Below are positions 40,481 through 55,851 of a DNA stretch of 64,000 nt, in pieces. This DNA is from Flaccisagitta enflata (Eukaryota), in NCBI GenBank assembly GCA_965153355.1, contig OZ231126.1, forward strand, positions 930,001 through 994,000, read 5' to 3'. The notes beneath the pieces were generated by a model. It had not been told where the DNA came from. It was given only the letters and a program-made list of their open reading frames with translations, and did not search any database. The position numbers and the translations under genes are program-made. Each line of letters opens with the position of its first letter. Positions within the stretch are counted from its first letter, which is position 1.

Positions 40481-43468
40481 CCATGGCAAAATAAAAAAAG
40501 ACAGTAATTTTCAAAATGATATTGTGAGCTCATTTTTTAAAGCAGCTTTATGATTTTAAAGGCTATGATAGTTTGTCAAATTTGCTACCTAGCAAAAAAA
40601 TCAGATCTTGAAAAAGTTGATTTTTGCGCCCATAGCATTAATTTTTGCAAAATTTGTTTATCGAACAATCGTTGAGTTGGTTTCAGTTTCCGTTTAGATC
40701 TGACTTTGAAAATCAACTGTGAGCTCAATTTTTAGAGCAAGATCAAAATTTTTGAGATGGTGATAACATGTCAAATTTTTGACACAGTGAAAAAATCAGA
40801 ACTCAAAAAAGTTTATTTTTGTAGCTGCAACATCAATTTTTGTAAAATTGGTTCAGGTTGGATAGCAAAAATAAATAAACATTTATCTAGAAATGATTTC
40901 AAATGTTCATTTTTTTTAAGTAGCTTTACATTTTATTTAGGTGGTGATAGTATTTCAAGTTTTTGACACAGCAAAAAAATCCGAACTCAAAAATATGTAT
41001 TTTGGCACTGGTGTCATCAATTTTTGTGAATAGACCTCCGATAGAAACTCTAGTATTGATATCCAGTTTTGACAGATTTTACAAGAATTGATGTAGAAGG
41101 TACAAAAATACACTTTTTTGAATTCTGATTTTTTTGCTGTGTCAGAAATTTGACCTGCTATCACCATATAAGAAATATTGATCTTGCTCTAAAAGTTGAG
41201 CTCACAGTAAATTTTCAAAGTTGGATCTAAACTGAAACTTATTTGGCGATGACTCAATTGACAAATTTTGCAAAACTCAATGCTACGGGCGCAAAAATCA
41301 ACTTTTTCAAGATCTGATTTTTTTACCAGGTAGTAAATTTAACACACTATCAGAGTCTAAAAAATTATAAAGCTGCTCTGAAATATGAGCTCACAATATC
41401 ATTTAGAAAATTACTGTCTTTTTTTATTTTGCCATAGTAACCACCATTCTGAAACAAACTGTATGGGTTCATTATTTAGGTACAGAGAGCAGTGAGACAA
41501 TTGTCCTTTACCAAAAAACATAGCTTTGCTTTTCTTAGGATTGAAAGTAAGGCTAAATAAAATATATATCTAAGACAGGGGTCAATGTCCACGGATCAAA
41601 CCATGTCAGCCCTTCATGGTACCCCATGGGGCTTCAAAAAAATGGGGGGGGGGGCAGGGCAGTATTTGAGGTCACTGGACCATTTGGGCAGCAGCAGTGA
41701 GGTCTAAAAACAAGGCCGGATACACGGCTACCCCAGTCGCGGGCGGGCTGTTGTTGAGGTCACCCTATCATTTGGGCAGGAGCAGTGGGGCCAAAGACTG
41801 CAAAAACCAAAAAAAAGTAAAGTGTGACGGATGGACCGACGGACGGATGGACGGACGGACTGACGGACGGACAAAGCAGGGTGTGGAGATGCGTAGCACG
41901 CGACTAATGAAAATAAATGAAAATCATAAAAAAAGTAAAACGTAATGGACCAACCAACCAACGGACGGACTGACAAAGCGGGGTGTAGAGTCGCGTAGCA
42001 GGGGACTGAAAACAAATCCATAATTATAAAGCAATCACTCGCGTCCTTCCATCTCAATACATAATGTTTGTCCGAAAAAAAGTTCCATTTTGAACTCTGT
42101 CTGTCCGTCCATCCGTCGGTCAGTAACACTTTGCATTTTTGCGATGTTTTTGGCCATTTTGGGTCGTCTGGAGTTGTTTTGAGTCATTTTTTGTTGCTTT
42201 TGGTCATTTTTGGTTGCTTTTAGTCATTTTTGGTCATTTTTGATCATTTACGTCATTTTGTTCACTTTTGTCATTTGTGTCGTTTTTAGGCATTTAAAGT
42301 AGTTTTAAGTCATTTTAAGTCATTTTGAGACATTTCAGGTCATTTTTGGTCATTTATTACGGTTTTTGGTATGTTTTGATCATTTAACTCATTTTTGTCC
42401 TTTTTTGTTGTTTTTTGTCTTAATGGGTCTTCTTTGGACATTATGGGTCACTTTGGGTCATTGTCGGTCATTTTGGGTCATCTTGAGTCGTCTTGGGTCA
42501 TTTTGGGTTGTTTTAAGTTCAAGGCTAGAGCCTCCAGGTTAGAGCCTCCGGGCTGGGACTTTGTTTTTTGTCAATCTTTGGGATTTTGTCATGTTTTGTC
42601 ATAGTGGATTTTTTGGAGTTATTCTTAGTCATTTTGAGGCATTTTCAGTCTTTTGAAGTCATTTTGAGGCATTTTCAGTCTTTTGAAGTCATTTTGGGTC
42701 AATTAAAGTCACTCGGCGTCATTTTGAATCGTTTTGTCGTTTCCTATTTTGAAACTGGTGGGTTTTGAGGCTTGGGTTAAGAGTGGTGGGTTTCATGGTT
42801 TGAGTTGAAACTGGTGGGTCTCAAGGCTTAAATTGAAACTGGTGGGTTTCAAAGCTTTAATTGCATGTGATGGGTTTTGGGGCTGAGGTTGGGACTAGAG
42901 GATTTTGGAGCTTGGGTTGGGGACGGTGAGTTTAAAGATTTGGGTGAAACTTGTGGCGTTTAAGGGTTAGAATTGGGGCTGGTGGGTTCCGGGGCTTGAA
43001 TTCAGACTGGTGGGTTTCAAGGCTTAAATTGAAAGTGGTAGGTCTCAGGGTTTTAAATAAAGGTGAGGGGTTTCACAGCTTGGAATGAGACTGCAGGGAT
43101 TTCAGGCTTTGATTGAAACTGGTGGAGTAAGGCCAATGAAACTATCTATGTCTCGCACGCGACTTATAGGTGTTGGCCTTGTTTTTGTGGAAAGAAGACC
43201 GTCTCAATATCATTTGTGAAGGTTTCTAAAACTTTTCGAGTACAGTTAAGCTTCACTTGAAGGCACTTGAAGGCATTTGAAGGGACCGACTTATTCTGCC
43301 AGACTCATGCAGACAAGTTTTTGTCTAAAATCAAGGCCAAGAATTTTACCAATTTTGTCGCGTCAAGGCCTGTTTCTTACTTTTTATCAAAAATCGAGTT
43401 TTCATAGTAGAGTATTCATTAGAGTAGAGTAGAGTATTTATTAAGTAGAGTAGAGTAGAGTATTTATT

Positions 43469-43684
43469 AACAAGGCCGGATACACGGCTACCCCAGTCGC
43501 GTGCGGGTGGGCAGGGGCCATAATTGAGGTCAGTGGAACATTTGGGCAGGAGCAATGAGGCCAAAAACCCCATTAACGCCGAAAAAGTAAAGTGTGACGG
43601 ACGGACCGACGGACGGACCGACGGACGGACCGACGGACGGACCGACAAAGCGGGGTGTAGAGTCGCGTAGCACGCGACTAAAAA
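43469..43684 (-). mobile_element. HINE/DINE-1-like element, family 1 (representative copy of the most abundant repeat in the window)
   Basis: Ends ttttagtcgcgtgc(t)acgcgact and gcacgcgact...gccgtgtatccggccttgtt, internal (GTCC/GTCG)n, T-rich insertion sites. Many copies, e.g. near 970, 2390, 2760, 4940, 17370, 17545, 32815, 33088, 41710, 55995, 62488. Confidence 0.7.
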
Positions 43685-44494
43685 TCGAGTTTTCATAGTA
43701 ACAGTGGCAAAGAAAAAAACTAGACGCGATCTTTTGACTGTTGATTGCGTCGTAATAAAAAATGCTAGAACCTTTTAATCCATGGCGGTTTTAAAGATCA
43801 TCAAAAAATCTTTCATTTGAGCTCCTTCTGATCATTCTAGCTTCAAAACTTTAGAAGTTATGATGATTTAAAGATAACTACTCAAAAAACTCAAATTTTG
43901 CTTCCATCTTTTTTACAGTAACCAACTTTGTATTGATACAGCTTGTAAACGAAGCAAAATCACGAAATTCTGCTTGATGCCATCTTGTAGAGAATTAAAA
44001 ATACTTCATTTTCACCTTTGATTTCGTATCGTTTATTTCATTTTCGCGTTTTACAGAATATGTAAGACAAAACATGTCATGTTTTCTGGCGCTGAAATCT
44101 GCTCTATTTATCAATCAGGAATTTGAGTACTGAACTTCAAACTTATGTCATTTCTAAACGAATTGAGCTAAAAATTTCTGCTTGGTCTAGATTTGTAGAG
44201 TTTTTGAAGCTCTTTTATATGCTCATGGATTTTAAGCAAAAAGTATAAGTGGTTTGGAAGTTATTGATAAATATTGAGCGTCTAGTTTTTTATTTTGCCA
44301 CTGTTAGATAGTGACTCATGGCTGTGGGCGGCATTCTTTCTCCCGTTTTCATCGTTATCATTGTGCTCATCATTATTTGCAGCCTCGTAAATCGATGATT
44401 TCTGCACCCTCGTTTTCATCTCGATCTTCATTGTCATGATGGTGCATCAGAATCGAGATCATCGTAATCATCATCGAAACTTGGGAATCACCGA

Positions 44495-44888
44495 TTTCTT
44501 CTTCTACTTCTTCTTCTTCCTTTTCTTCTTCTTCTTCTTCTTCTTCTTCTTCTTCTTCTTCTTCTTCTTCTTCTTCTTCTTCTTCTTCTTCTTCTTCTTC
44601 TTCTTCTTCTTCTTCTTCTTCTTCTTCTTCTTCATCCTCTTCTTCATCTTCTTTTTCTTCTTCTTCTTCTTCTTCTTCTTCTTCTTCTTCTTCTTCTTCT
44701 TCTTCTTCTTCTTCTTCTTCTTCTTCTTCTTCTTCTTCTTCTTCATCTTCTTCTTCTTCTTCTTCTTCTTCATCTTCTTTTTCTTCTTCTTCTTCTTCTT
44801 CTTCTTCTTCTTCTTCTTCTTCTTCTTCTTCTTCTTCTTCTTCTTCTTCTTCTTCTTCTTCTTCTTCTCTTCTTCTTCTTCTTCTTCA
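44495..44888. repeat. (TTC)n microsatellite
   Basis: Directly visible. Confidence 0.95.
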
Positions 44889-45501
44889 TGCCTTCTTTGC
44901 AAGCACAAAAAAACCTAGTGAAATTTGCCAAAGCCGGACGGCTATAGACGGGTTTCCTCAACAGTAAAACTAAGCCATCTTCACGGCTCTCCTCCAAGTT
45001 AAAAATTAGGTTTAAGGGCCAAAAATGGCCAAAAAATGGCCATCTTGGGTCATTTTGGGCAGTTTTTCTGGTGGCATTCGAACACCCACCTGAAATTGAA
45101 TCAACCGAGCCTGGATTAGTATTCCCCTAGGTAATGCGCACATTTTAAGACCCAACTTGATAGGTGCCCCCGGATTCGCCACTTTTGAAAATGCTCTGAC
45201 GGTAAGGCAAAAAAACTGGGACTTCTGAAAATATGCCGTTTAGCGAGGGATGCCTTACTAGCGGCTGCGCTCTAGTGAAGCTCATCTGTATGATAAAGTA
45301 TGTAAAAATTTTTTTCTTTATTGTTTAAATTGATTTTCTTAAAATACCTGTATAACAGATATTGTGAAAATTAGTATTCTTTGATAAAAGAAAACAACCA
45401 CAGAATAACATTTCTATCTTAGATTTTTTTTTCCGCAAAATTTTTATGGACTAGGTAGGTATGTGACAGCAGTCGATTTTCATGCCACTTCCACCACTTC
45501 C

Positions 45502-45610
<109 letters not shown>

Positions 45611-47054
45611 TTCCTGAAATGGATGTTGAACTGTAAAAACAATGATTGTAATTTGTAAATAGTGATACTTTATTCAATAGATGAGGTAAAGCATTATCAC
45701 AGAGCTGGGTAGCACTAAGGATTTTATCCTATTAAAAGCGATGAAAAAGAAAAATGAGTATTTGATCCCGCTATGATAGCTGATGACCAAAGGCGAAAAG
45801 TGAATTCAATTTTCTATAAAAGTGAATTAAAACAAAGCCATAAAGGCGGGTGGATTGTCGAACAAACAACCGACGGACAGGCACAACCTCTTATAGACGA
45901 GCTTTGATGCACGTGAGAACTGACAAAAATCTACTAGCATTTTCATGAGCTTCTGCAGTCTTCTTTTTTTACTATCTTAAATGCAACCAGTCTGGTTTAG
46001 GAGCAATGCTCTTCCAAAGGCTATACTGTAAATAGGTAGTCTACATAGATGATCTAATATTTTACAAACCTAACTTCAGATTTAAATCTAATTTTGCATG
46101 GGCTCTTTGGGCACAAGCTCCCATTGACCTAAATATAACATTGGTAATGCTTGTAGATTATTTTCTCTAAGATAGCAGAGGAAATGATCCGAGGAAGAAT
46201 TTCTGTTACTTTTGGATCCGTCAATGATGTAATTGTATGTACACAAGCATTTTGGGATGTAACCGTATGGACACAAGCATTTTGGGATGTAACTGTATGT
46301 ACACAAGCATTTTGGACAAAATGTTGTCAATTCAAAAATAATATAACATGTGACGCTGGGTTACAACCTCGTCGTGGACAGGGGAAGGGGGGGGGGGGTT
46401 GGGAGGGACCAGAAACCGAATTGCGTGTTTTTACACTTTTCAACCAATGGAAAAATTGTTGAACGAACCATTGGACCGATGACAAAGCCTTTGTCAGTTC
46501 AAAATTTTGAAAACTAATGTTATCAATTAGTGTTTTTAGTGGAGCAGCATTCTTCACTATAACCAAACTGTAATTGATGGAGCGGTTTACTTTAACTAGT
46601 TAGTTAACTAGTTAGAATTCTCAAAACCTCTGTAGTTAACTATTCAAAATTAACTTGTTAATGAGTTAACTATTTTTTGGAAAAACTGAGCTATTTTCCC
46701 CCAAATCTATAGGATTTTTGGAAAGAAAATCAAAAAAAATTTTCTAGGATCTTATTCTTTTTTTTTACAGTAAAAACAGAAAAACACAGAATATTTGAGC
46801 CTAGATTGAAAAAGGGAAATATTTCTTCATAAAAGTTCAATGGAAAAGCCAATTTTTATATGAATATTTACGTGGATGTGTCAAAAAAGATACAAATTCT
46901 CAACTACTTTGGCTAGTTAACTACCAAAAAAAGTAGTTAAGGTAATTATTAACTAGTTTATTTCAATACTTTAACTAATGCCGGTCCCCTAACCCTCACT
47001 GACTGACTAGATAATACGCGCACCACTCCTAGTTTTCCAAAAGTTAGTTAGTAG

Positions 47055-48430
47055 TTAAGTTGTTAAAAGATCACTGTAATACTTGGTAAACCCCGATATA
47101 TTAAGAAAAACCACGAAGAAAAACGCTACAAAAGCTCCAACCACGAAGCCTTTTGTCAACCGATAATTCTTTTGCGCCTCCGTCACCTGTGACAAAAAAA
47201 GAATAAGCAAATGCAATTGGAATGGAATTGCTGATTATGACAAATGAAATGCAATCTCCCCCCCCCCTTTCACCGCGATAGGGAAATATTCAACCATCAT
47301 TGTCAACCATTTAACCACTAGATTGTCAACATGCCCAGGTAATTGTTGATAGCCAAAAATGCATTTCTAAGTATTTGATATATTCTGGAGGTTTTTCCTG
47401 TAGATTGCATGTCAATAAAACAACTAATCCCCATTTTTTCGATATATTTATGAGCTAGATTGTACTAGGTTAAAAAAAAAAAAACAAGACCAAAATCCAA
47501 TCTAGTTAGTTGTAGGGATCAATTCATCCCTGTACATTGGGTCTGTTTCTACTCATGACAATCACTTTTTTAACCGGGGCCACTCGGTCGCTCGCTACAT
47601 TTGTTCGCTCACTTACTCCATTCACGGGCTCGCTCACGCTCACTAACTCCTGGGATGGTTGAAATTCATGAATATGTGTTCACGCTGGAATTGCGTTTTA
47701 TGGGAATGATCGAGATTCTTGTCATCAGTAGAAATATACCCATTGTTACAACTTACATTGCTTACTTTACTTACAACTTACATAGTACATACCCATTGTT
47801 ACAACTTACATACCCATTGTTACAACTGACATACCCGTTGTTACAACTTACATTGCCGGCCTTGAGAGCTTCTCTGGTTTTGATGGCAAAGTAGAGAGAG
47901 ACACATCCGAGACAAAACCAGTTGCAAAAGATGCAAGTAATAATTGCCACGGGTAAGAAGTCTTTGCTGATGCCCGCCTCTTGAGTCAGGGAGGGCGCAA
48001 ACTGGCCACCAGATGGTGCTGCAGTCGGTGTCAATGAGGCCGGTTGGCAACTGTTTGGAGTTGGAACCAATGTTACGGGTTGGAAGTTGGTATGGGTGGG
48101 AGTTGCCCCGTAAGAAGTTGCTGGGTTTAGACCCACGGGCATTGACACCGAAGGGTAAGGAGTTGATACCGGTGGGTAAGGAATCGGTTCCATTGAAATT
48201 GGTGGTTGAAAATTCGCATGTCCGGGACTCGCTGATGGCTGAAACAGGTATGGGGCCCTCCCCATGGGCTCAATGTTGATTTGGGTTGGAGTGGTTGCTG
48301 GTGGGTCTGCCGTAGAATCAAACGGTGGTTTGAATCGGTCTTGTCCTGGACTTTGTGATCGACCCATTGATACTGCAGTATTGTAATCAGGAGGAGGAGC
48401 TGAAGAGGCTTTCTCCATTTCAAGATCCAT
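47055..48430 (-). CDS. Proline-rich CD225/dispanin-family membrane protein, paralog B, 2 coding exons
   Basis: Exon 48430-47852 (MDLEMEKASSAPPPDY...KDFLPVAIITCIFCNWFCLGCVSLYFAIKTREALKAGN, donor GTAAGT) and exon 47186-47055 (VTEAQKNYRLTKGFVVGAFVAFFFVVFLN...stop). Same intron position as paralog A. Confidence 0.85.
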
Positions 48431-48888
48431 TGTTGTGAGTCTTTTTTGTGAGATCTTTTTAATAAATCAAGCTGGGTTGAGGTATCAGTAACGGCTTTGT
48501 TGACAAAAGCGTTGCTGACGTATTGTCGATTATCAGACGATATGTTAACATTATCAGACGTGTGTTAACAGCAAGTCTTGTAACAGGCGCACATAAGTGC
48601 AGAAGCAACGCTAAAGTTGTTGGATCAATTGCTCTAGAAGCTCCAGAAGCTGGGTTCAGTTGCCCCAGCAGCTGGTTTGTAGTGGGACATCTCTTTTTAA
48701 CTTGCATTTGCCTCCTCATGATTGCTCTTATGTTTTGCGATGCATCAATCCTTCATCATCTTTGGGTTGCAGCTATTGGAAGAAATATTCTGGAAGCTGA
48801 TTTGTGGTGTGGCCTCTATCATCATATTGTATTTTCTTAGCCATGATTATTTTTTACCATTATTCTCTATCTCTGTCTCTGTCTGTCC

Positions 48889-48986
<98 letters not shown>

Positions 48987-49330
48987 CTACAAGTTTTGCA
49001 AAACTAGTGCTAGAGTAACGATTTCTTTTTACACTTTAAGGGAAAACAGAGAAATTGACAAGCAGGCGAGTTATACTGATGGAAACAGAATGGAAGAAAA
49101 CAGCACCGTTTGACCAACGAATCAAAAAACGAACGTCGACGGAAACATCCGAATTTCGGGACTTCAAAGCGGGTCTTTTGTCCACTTCTCCTCAACTGGA
49201 ACGACATCTTGTTTTAGCTCAGTGACTTCTTTGGACTTTTGTCTTTGCTCTTTAAGAATGCCTAGGACAAAAACAAGATAACAAAATAAAGATAACAAAA
49301 ACAAGATAACAAAACAAATAAGGATCTAAA

Positions 49331-49860
<530 letters not shown>

Positions 49861-50216
49861 CATGTTCGCCACCAGATCATAGGGTCGTTAGGTCATTAGG
49901 TCATTAGGGAAATGGACTCATTTCTCCCGCGAGGGAGACCAGATTCAAATGTGACCATCCTTTCAGTCACCCAAACCCTGCATGGCACCTTCACCCTGCC
50001 TGCAACCCTCAGCCTGCATGTCGCCATCAGCCTTCATGCACCGCTCAGTCTGTATGCCTCCCACAGCCTGAATACCACCATCGCTCTGAATCTATAGACT
50101 ATACTTATATGCCCAACCCTACATTAATGCGCCTCCTATGATCAAATCACATTTCCTCTCATATTTCGCGGACGTGGTCTACACATTCAGTTTTCGCGCT
50201 TCTGTCTGTCTTGGGC

Positions 50217-50427
50217 CGCGTTCGTTTCCCGCGTTCGTTTCCCGCGTTCGCTTCCCGCGTTCGTTTCCCGCGTTCGCTTCCCGCGTTCGTTTCCCGCGTT
50301 CGTTTCCCGCGTTCGCTTCCCGCGTTCGTTTCCCGCGTTCGTTTCCCGCGTTCGTTTCCCGCGTTCGCTTCCCGCGTTCGCTTCCCGCGTTCGTTTCCCG
50401 CGTTCGCTTCCCGCGTTCGTTTCCCGC
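50217..50427. repeat. CpG-rich 13-bp minisatellite (cgcgttcgYttcc), about 16 copies
   Basis: Directly visible. An 8-bp aattatgt array follows at about 50815-50910. Confidence 0.9.
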
Positions 50428-51638
50428 TTTCTCGTTGACGTTCCGGTTCCCGCGCACTGTCTTGGGCCGCGATTGCTCGCGTCCTTGTTCACGTTCATGT
50501 TTCACGCTTCGACTGTCTTGGGGCGCGATTGCTCCGCACGCTCTCGCCTCCTCGTTCACGCTTCGTCTCTCTGGCGCACGCGTTTGCTTCTCACGCGCTT
50601 TGTCTATTTAAAGTCTCGTTTGTTTCTCATCTCACGCGCGATCGCGTTTCACTCAAACATTCAAGAAGAAGTCTGTCTTTGGGCTGCGAAATCTATTTCA
50701 CGCGAAAACTTGTTCTCCGCTTTTTTCTGTTGTTGTTGTTGTTATTCGATTTATTTCTGACAGAAATGAAACAAGATAGATGTCTTTAGTTTTGTCTATG
50801 AATATCCATGAAAAATTATGCGATTTTGTAATTATGTAATTATGTAACTATGTAATTATGTAATTATGTAATTATGTAACTATGTAATTATGTTATTATG
50901 TAATTATGTCACTTTGTGATTAAGTAATTACGACATAATGTAATCACGTTAATATGTAAAAATACAATCATGTTTTTGTTTGTGAAAAATGGAGCATGCG
51001 ACCAATTCCCTGTTGGGCTTGTTTTCTATTGATATGAGTTCTGTGTTAAAGCATGTGTAGATCTCTCCGTCTTGTCCCGTCGTAGGATTTTTAACAAATT
51101 TCAATTAAAAAAAAAACAAAAAAAAAAACAAACAAAAAAAAAACAAGGCCAACACCTAAAAGACGCGTGTGGGACATAAATGTTTGTATCGACCTGACTC
51201 CACCAGTTTCAATAAAAGCCTTGCAACCCCAAAAAATGACAAATTTACTTCTCATGACTTGTATTGACTTAAAGTGACACAGAATGACTTCAAATGACTT
51301 AAAATGACGTAAAATGACAAAGAAACGCTAAGCGTCACAGATAGACAGACTGAGAGGCCGACTGAAGGCTTGACCGACTGACGGACAGAGCGGGTCATAG
51401 AGTTGCGTGCACGCGACTAAAAATGCTGAATGATTCTTTTGTTTTCCCAAAGCACTTATTCCACTTCATCTCCATCTCGGCTGGGTTGTCTTCCTGGACA
51501 GGGCCCTTTAAATGAAGACTTCAATAGATAAGATTTCGAATAACTAGACTGACTATCTTTCGGATCTTTAATGAGTATGGGAGCGTTCACTACTCATTAC
51601 AAGACTAAGAGTTAAGTTTTGTAAATGTTATTTATGTG

Positions 51639-52767
51639 CACGCCACGGGGAAGGCTTTCATGGGTCAAGAAAAATTAACGGTCATAATGGAGAGTGGTTT
51701 GGGCCTCAGGAAGGTTCACTTTATCACTTCATACCAAATCGAAAATTTTCTTACTTCAAAATTTTTTTAAAATGCCGTAAAATGCCGTAAAAAGCTGTAA
51801 AATTGGCATTTTTGACAGTTTTTTTGGTTCAAAACCGCCGCTATGGTCAAAAGATGGGCAAACAATGATTATCTGGCACTAAGACACATTCACGCATATA
51901 TACAGGCCAACCCGTCATCATTCAGTATCATCTTACGCCATAAAATGCCGTAAAAAGCCGTAAAGATGGCATTTTGGACAGTTTTTGGGCAGCGGCCCCA
52001 AAGGGCCGATGTCCTGTAGAACACAGGGGGGATTTTGAGACGTCCGTCCGTCCGTCCTTCCATCCGTCCGTCCGTCCGTCCCCCCCCCCATTGACCATCA
52101 AGGCCTCGAGTTAGCCCTCCCAGGCCTCAATTTAGCCCTCCAGGCCTCAAATTAGCCCTCTTGGCTTCAAATCAGCCCCCCCTCATGCCACAAATCTGCC
52201 CTCCAGACCCCAAATCTGCCCTCCAGACCTTCAATCAGCCCTCCAAGCATAAAACCAGCCCTCCAAACCTCAAATCTGCTCTCCAAGCCTTAATTTTGCC
52301 CTCCATCCCTCAAATATGCCTTCAGTGGCCTAAATTAGCCCCTCAGGACGGACGGACGTCTCGAAATCCCCTCTGTGTTCTACAGGACATCGGCCCTTTG
52401 GGGCCGCTGCCCTGCTCTCACTCCACCTCTTTACTGGATCACTCCCAGCAGGGCATTGGGTACCGCTGACCATGTGCGATCCTTGGATAACTAGTTTTTC
52501 CCTAAACCACCGCAGCGAGTGTCTTAATACCAAATAATTATTGTTTGCCCATCTTTTGACTATAGCGACGGTTTTGGACAAAAAAAACTGTCAAAAATGC
52601 CAATTTTATGGCTTTTTACGGCATGTTACGGCATTTTAAAAAAATTTTGAAGTAAAAAAATTTTTGTTTTGGTATGAAGTGATAAACTGAACCTTCCTGA
52701 GGCCCAAACCACTCGCCATTATAACCGAGAATTTTTCATGACCTATGAAAGCCTCCCCTGTGGCGTG
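51639..52767. mobile_element. Non-autonomous DNA element with CAC...GTG ends and long inverted arms (Chapaev/CMC-like)
   Basis: cacgccacggggaaggctttcat / atgaaagcctcccctgtggcgtg, 4-bp duplication tgtg, HINE nested at about 51985-52495. Confidence 0.8.
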
Positions 52768-53467
52768 TGTGTTATCCACTCTCCAGAGCTGAAATTGTTC
52801 GGATTTCAAAGAAACTAAATAAATCATCAGAGTTTTAGGCATTCATCTGACAGTGATATGAGATTCAACATCAACTTCATTATTACATTTTAGGCCTGGC
52901 AGCCTCTAATCATTTTGCCACATATGCAACTACTGGTCGATATTTCTGTTCAAGGGAGGGGCTGTTTCTACTCGTGACGATCGCATTTTGAACGGACCAC
53001 TCGGTCGCTCTCCACTTTCGTTCGCTCGTACCACTCACTCCGCTCTCTCACTCCGCAGCGCTCTGCTTCGCTCGCTCAATGTATTCACAGGCTCGCTCAC
53101 TCAATTCCGTCACTCCCTCGTGGGACAGTGGAAATGCTGTGAACACATTTCACGGGAAGAAATGCGTTTTTGGCGGTCATTAGAAACACAGCCGCATTCC
53201 GGTAGTTTTGTCTGTTTGGGACAAAATTAAGCCAATATTTGCCCTGCCTTCTTGGAGGGAAGAAAATTACTTGAAAAACTTTGATTCAAGTTTCCTTTTT
53301 AACTCGTCAAAAAATCCCCCTGTCAATTGAATTGCTTAAATAAAGACAAACAAATGTCTACAAAATATCCTCAATGGGAACGAAGAAGAAAAGAATGAGA
53401 AGAAGTTCTTCTGTTGGAAGTTATTGTTGTCCCAGTGGTTGTGCGAGATTGAAGTGGTTGACGGAAG

Positions 53468-53604
<137 letters not shown>

Positions 53605-53606
53605 AA

Positions 53607-53715
<109 letters not shown>

Positions 53716-53717
53716 GC

Positions 53718-53749
<32 letters not shown>

Positions 53750-54332
53750 TTGTTGTTGTCGTTGACGTCGTCTTATTAGCGTGATTAATTAACTCCGTCT
53801 TCCAGCTTTCTCCAAATTTTCCTCTTCCTTAATGCCCGCATTTCATTTGTCCGATTTATCTTTTTTGATGCCTCGCATTTTGATTTCAATGAGGAAAGTG
53901 ATTTTTAGTCGCGGACAAGCTACTCTAGAATTTGCTGTATCGGTCAGTCCATCCGTCAAAAAAAAATGTTTTTCGAGGTTTTCCGCTCCTGCCCACCCAT
54001 CTGTGATGGCGGGGGGGGGGTGGGGGGATGGACTGTGTAATGGGCTTAATGGCTTTATCAGAACGTCGCTCATTCGGTCGGTGGGCCTGTGTCCTGGTCA
54101 TGGCGGTCTACTAACGCTTTTACACGCTCCAAGACAGTCCGTCCATCCGTTCGTCCGTTGGTTGAAAACGGTTTTATTGAGTACCTAGCCTATTTTGATT
54201 GTGTTGTATTTCGTGTTGTATTTTGTCTCAGAAGTTTCTCTCTTCTGTGTCGGTGCTTTCCGACTTGTTCCTACTGCATCAACGAGATTGAGCCATTTTA
54301 GGTTGCCAGAAAAAAAAAGTCAAGCAAAAAAG

Positions 54333-54346
54333 GAGAAGAAGAAGAG

Positions 54347-54378
<32 letters not shown>

Positions 54379-54932
54379 AGAAGAAGAAGAAGAAGAAGAA
54401 GAAGAAGAAGAAGAAGAAAGAAGACGAAGGAGAAGAAGAAGAAGAAGAAGAAGAAGAAGAAGAAGAAGAAGAAGAAGAAGAAGAAGAAGAAGAAGAAGAA
54501 GAAGAAGAAGAAGAAGAAGAAGAAGAAGAAGAAGACGAAGACGACGAAGAAGAAGAAGAAGAAGAAGAAGAAGAAGAAGAAGAAGAAGAAGAAAAAGAAG
54601 AAGAAGTAGAAGAAGAAGAAGAAGAACAACAATTTACTTCCGTACTTCCGTACTCCTGTACCTGCTTCCTTACTTCCGAAGGAGAAGAAGAACTTACTCC
54701 TGTACTTCCATTCTTACTTTCGATGAAGAAGAATAAGAAGAACTTTCTTCTGTACTTCCTTACTTCCTTACTGCCGAAGAAGAAGAAGAAGAAGAAGAAG
54801 AAGAAGAAGAAGAAGAAGAAGAAGAAGAAGAAGAAGAAGAAGAAGAAGAAGAAGAAGAAGAAGAAGAAGAAGAAGAAGAAGAAGAAGAAGAAGAAGAAGA
54901 AGAAGAAGAAGAAGAAGAAGAAGAAGAAGAAG
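54333..54932. repeat. (GAA)n microsatellite blocks
   Basis: Directly visible. Confidence 0.95.
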
Positions 54933-55851
54933 CAGAGCTTACTTCCGTTTACTTTTGAAATTATTTTTGACCTCTTTCAAACACAATTTTCCGTTTTATC
55001 ACGAATTAAACCATCATTTGCATAAATCATTACACAGCAACAAATTGAAACAATGTAGCGGTTTTTATATTGTGATCACCTCAATAATACTACCATGCCA
55101 TGGATCACTCGAAAGTCATTGTAGACTAAAATCCGTCTAAGTCAATCACATCATCGAGAAATGATAAAAAGAAATGGTTGTTTCGGAAAAACTCTTCAAC
55201 TTGCTCAGCACCCCGATGAATATCTTTTTGGACAGCGCGCAGCGGTCGCGAAGGGGACGAAGGGGGAATGTGTCCGTCTGTCCGTTCGTCCGTCCGTCCG
55301 TCCGTCCGTCCGTCCGTCCGTCCGTCCGTTCGTCCGTCCGTCTGTACTCCATTGTGATTATCAAGAACTAATTCCTGCAGCATTGATGCCATCTTTGTCA
55401 CAGCCCCGCCAATATCATCTGTTTTTTATCTCGGTGCTTTTTAGATATGTCATCGCAATACTATAAGAGGGTCTGTCCATCCGTCCGTCCGTCCGTCCGT
55501 CCGTCCGTCCGTCCGTCCGTCCGTCCGTCCGTCCGTCCGTCCGTCCGTTACGCCTCTTCCAAAATCACACAGATGACGCATCTAGTTGCCCGCCTGGGCT
55601 TGTTTTATCTCAGTTCATTTATTTAAAAGTCCCTTCAATCGTTCGATCGGTCTGTCAGGCACGCTGAATTTCTTTAAACCAGTCAAAGTAGCATATCTCA
55701 TGATTGATTCTACCAAGTCTTTTTTTTTCATTTTTTTCTTACCATTTCAGAATGAATAGTTTATTCGTAGGCAATGTTTGTGGAGGTTAATCTTATCATA
55801 TAATCGCTACTACAAAATCTTTTTTATTTCATCATTTCTTACCATTTCAGA

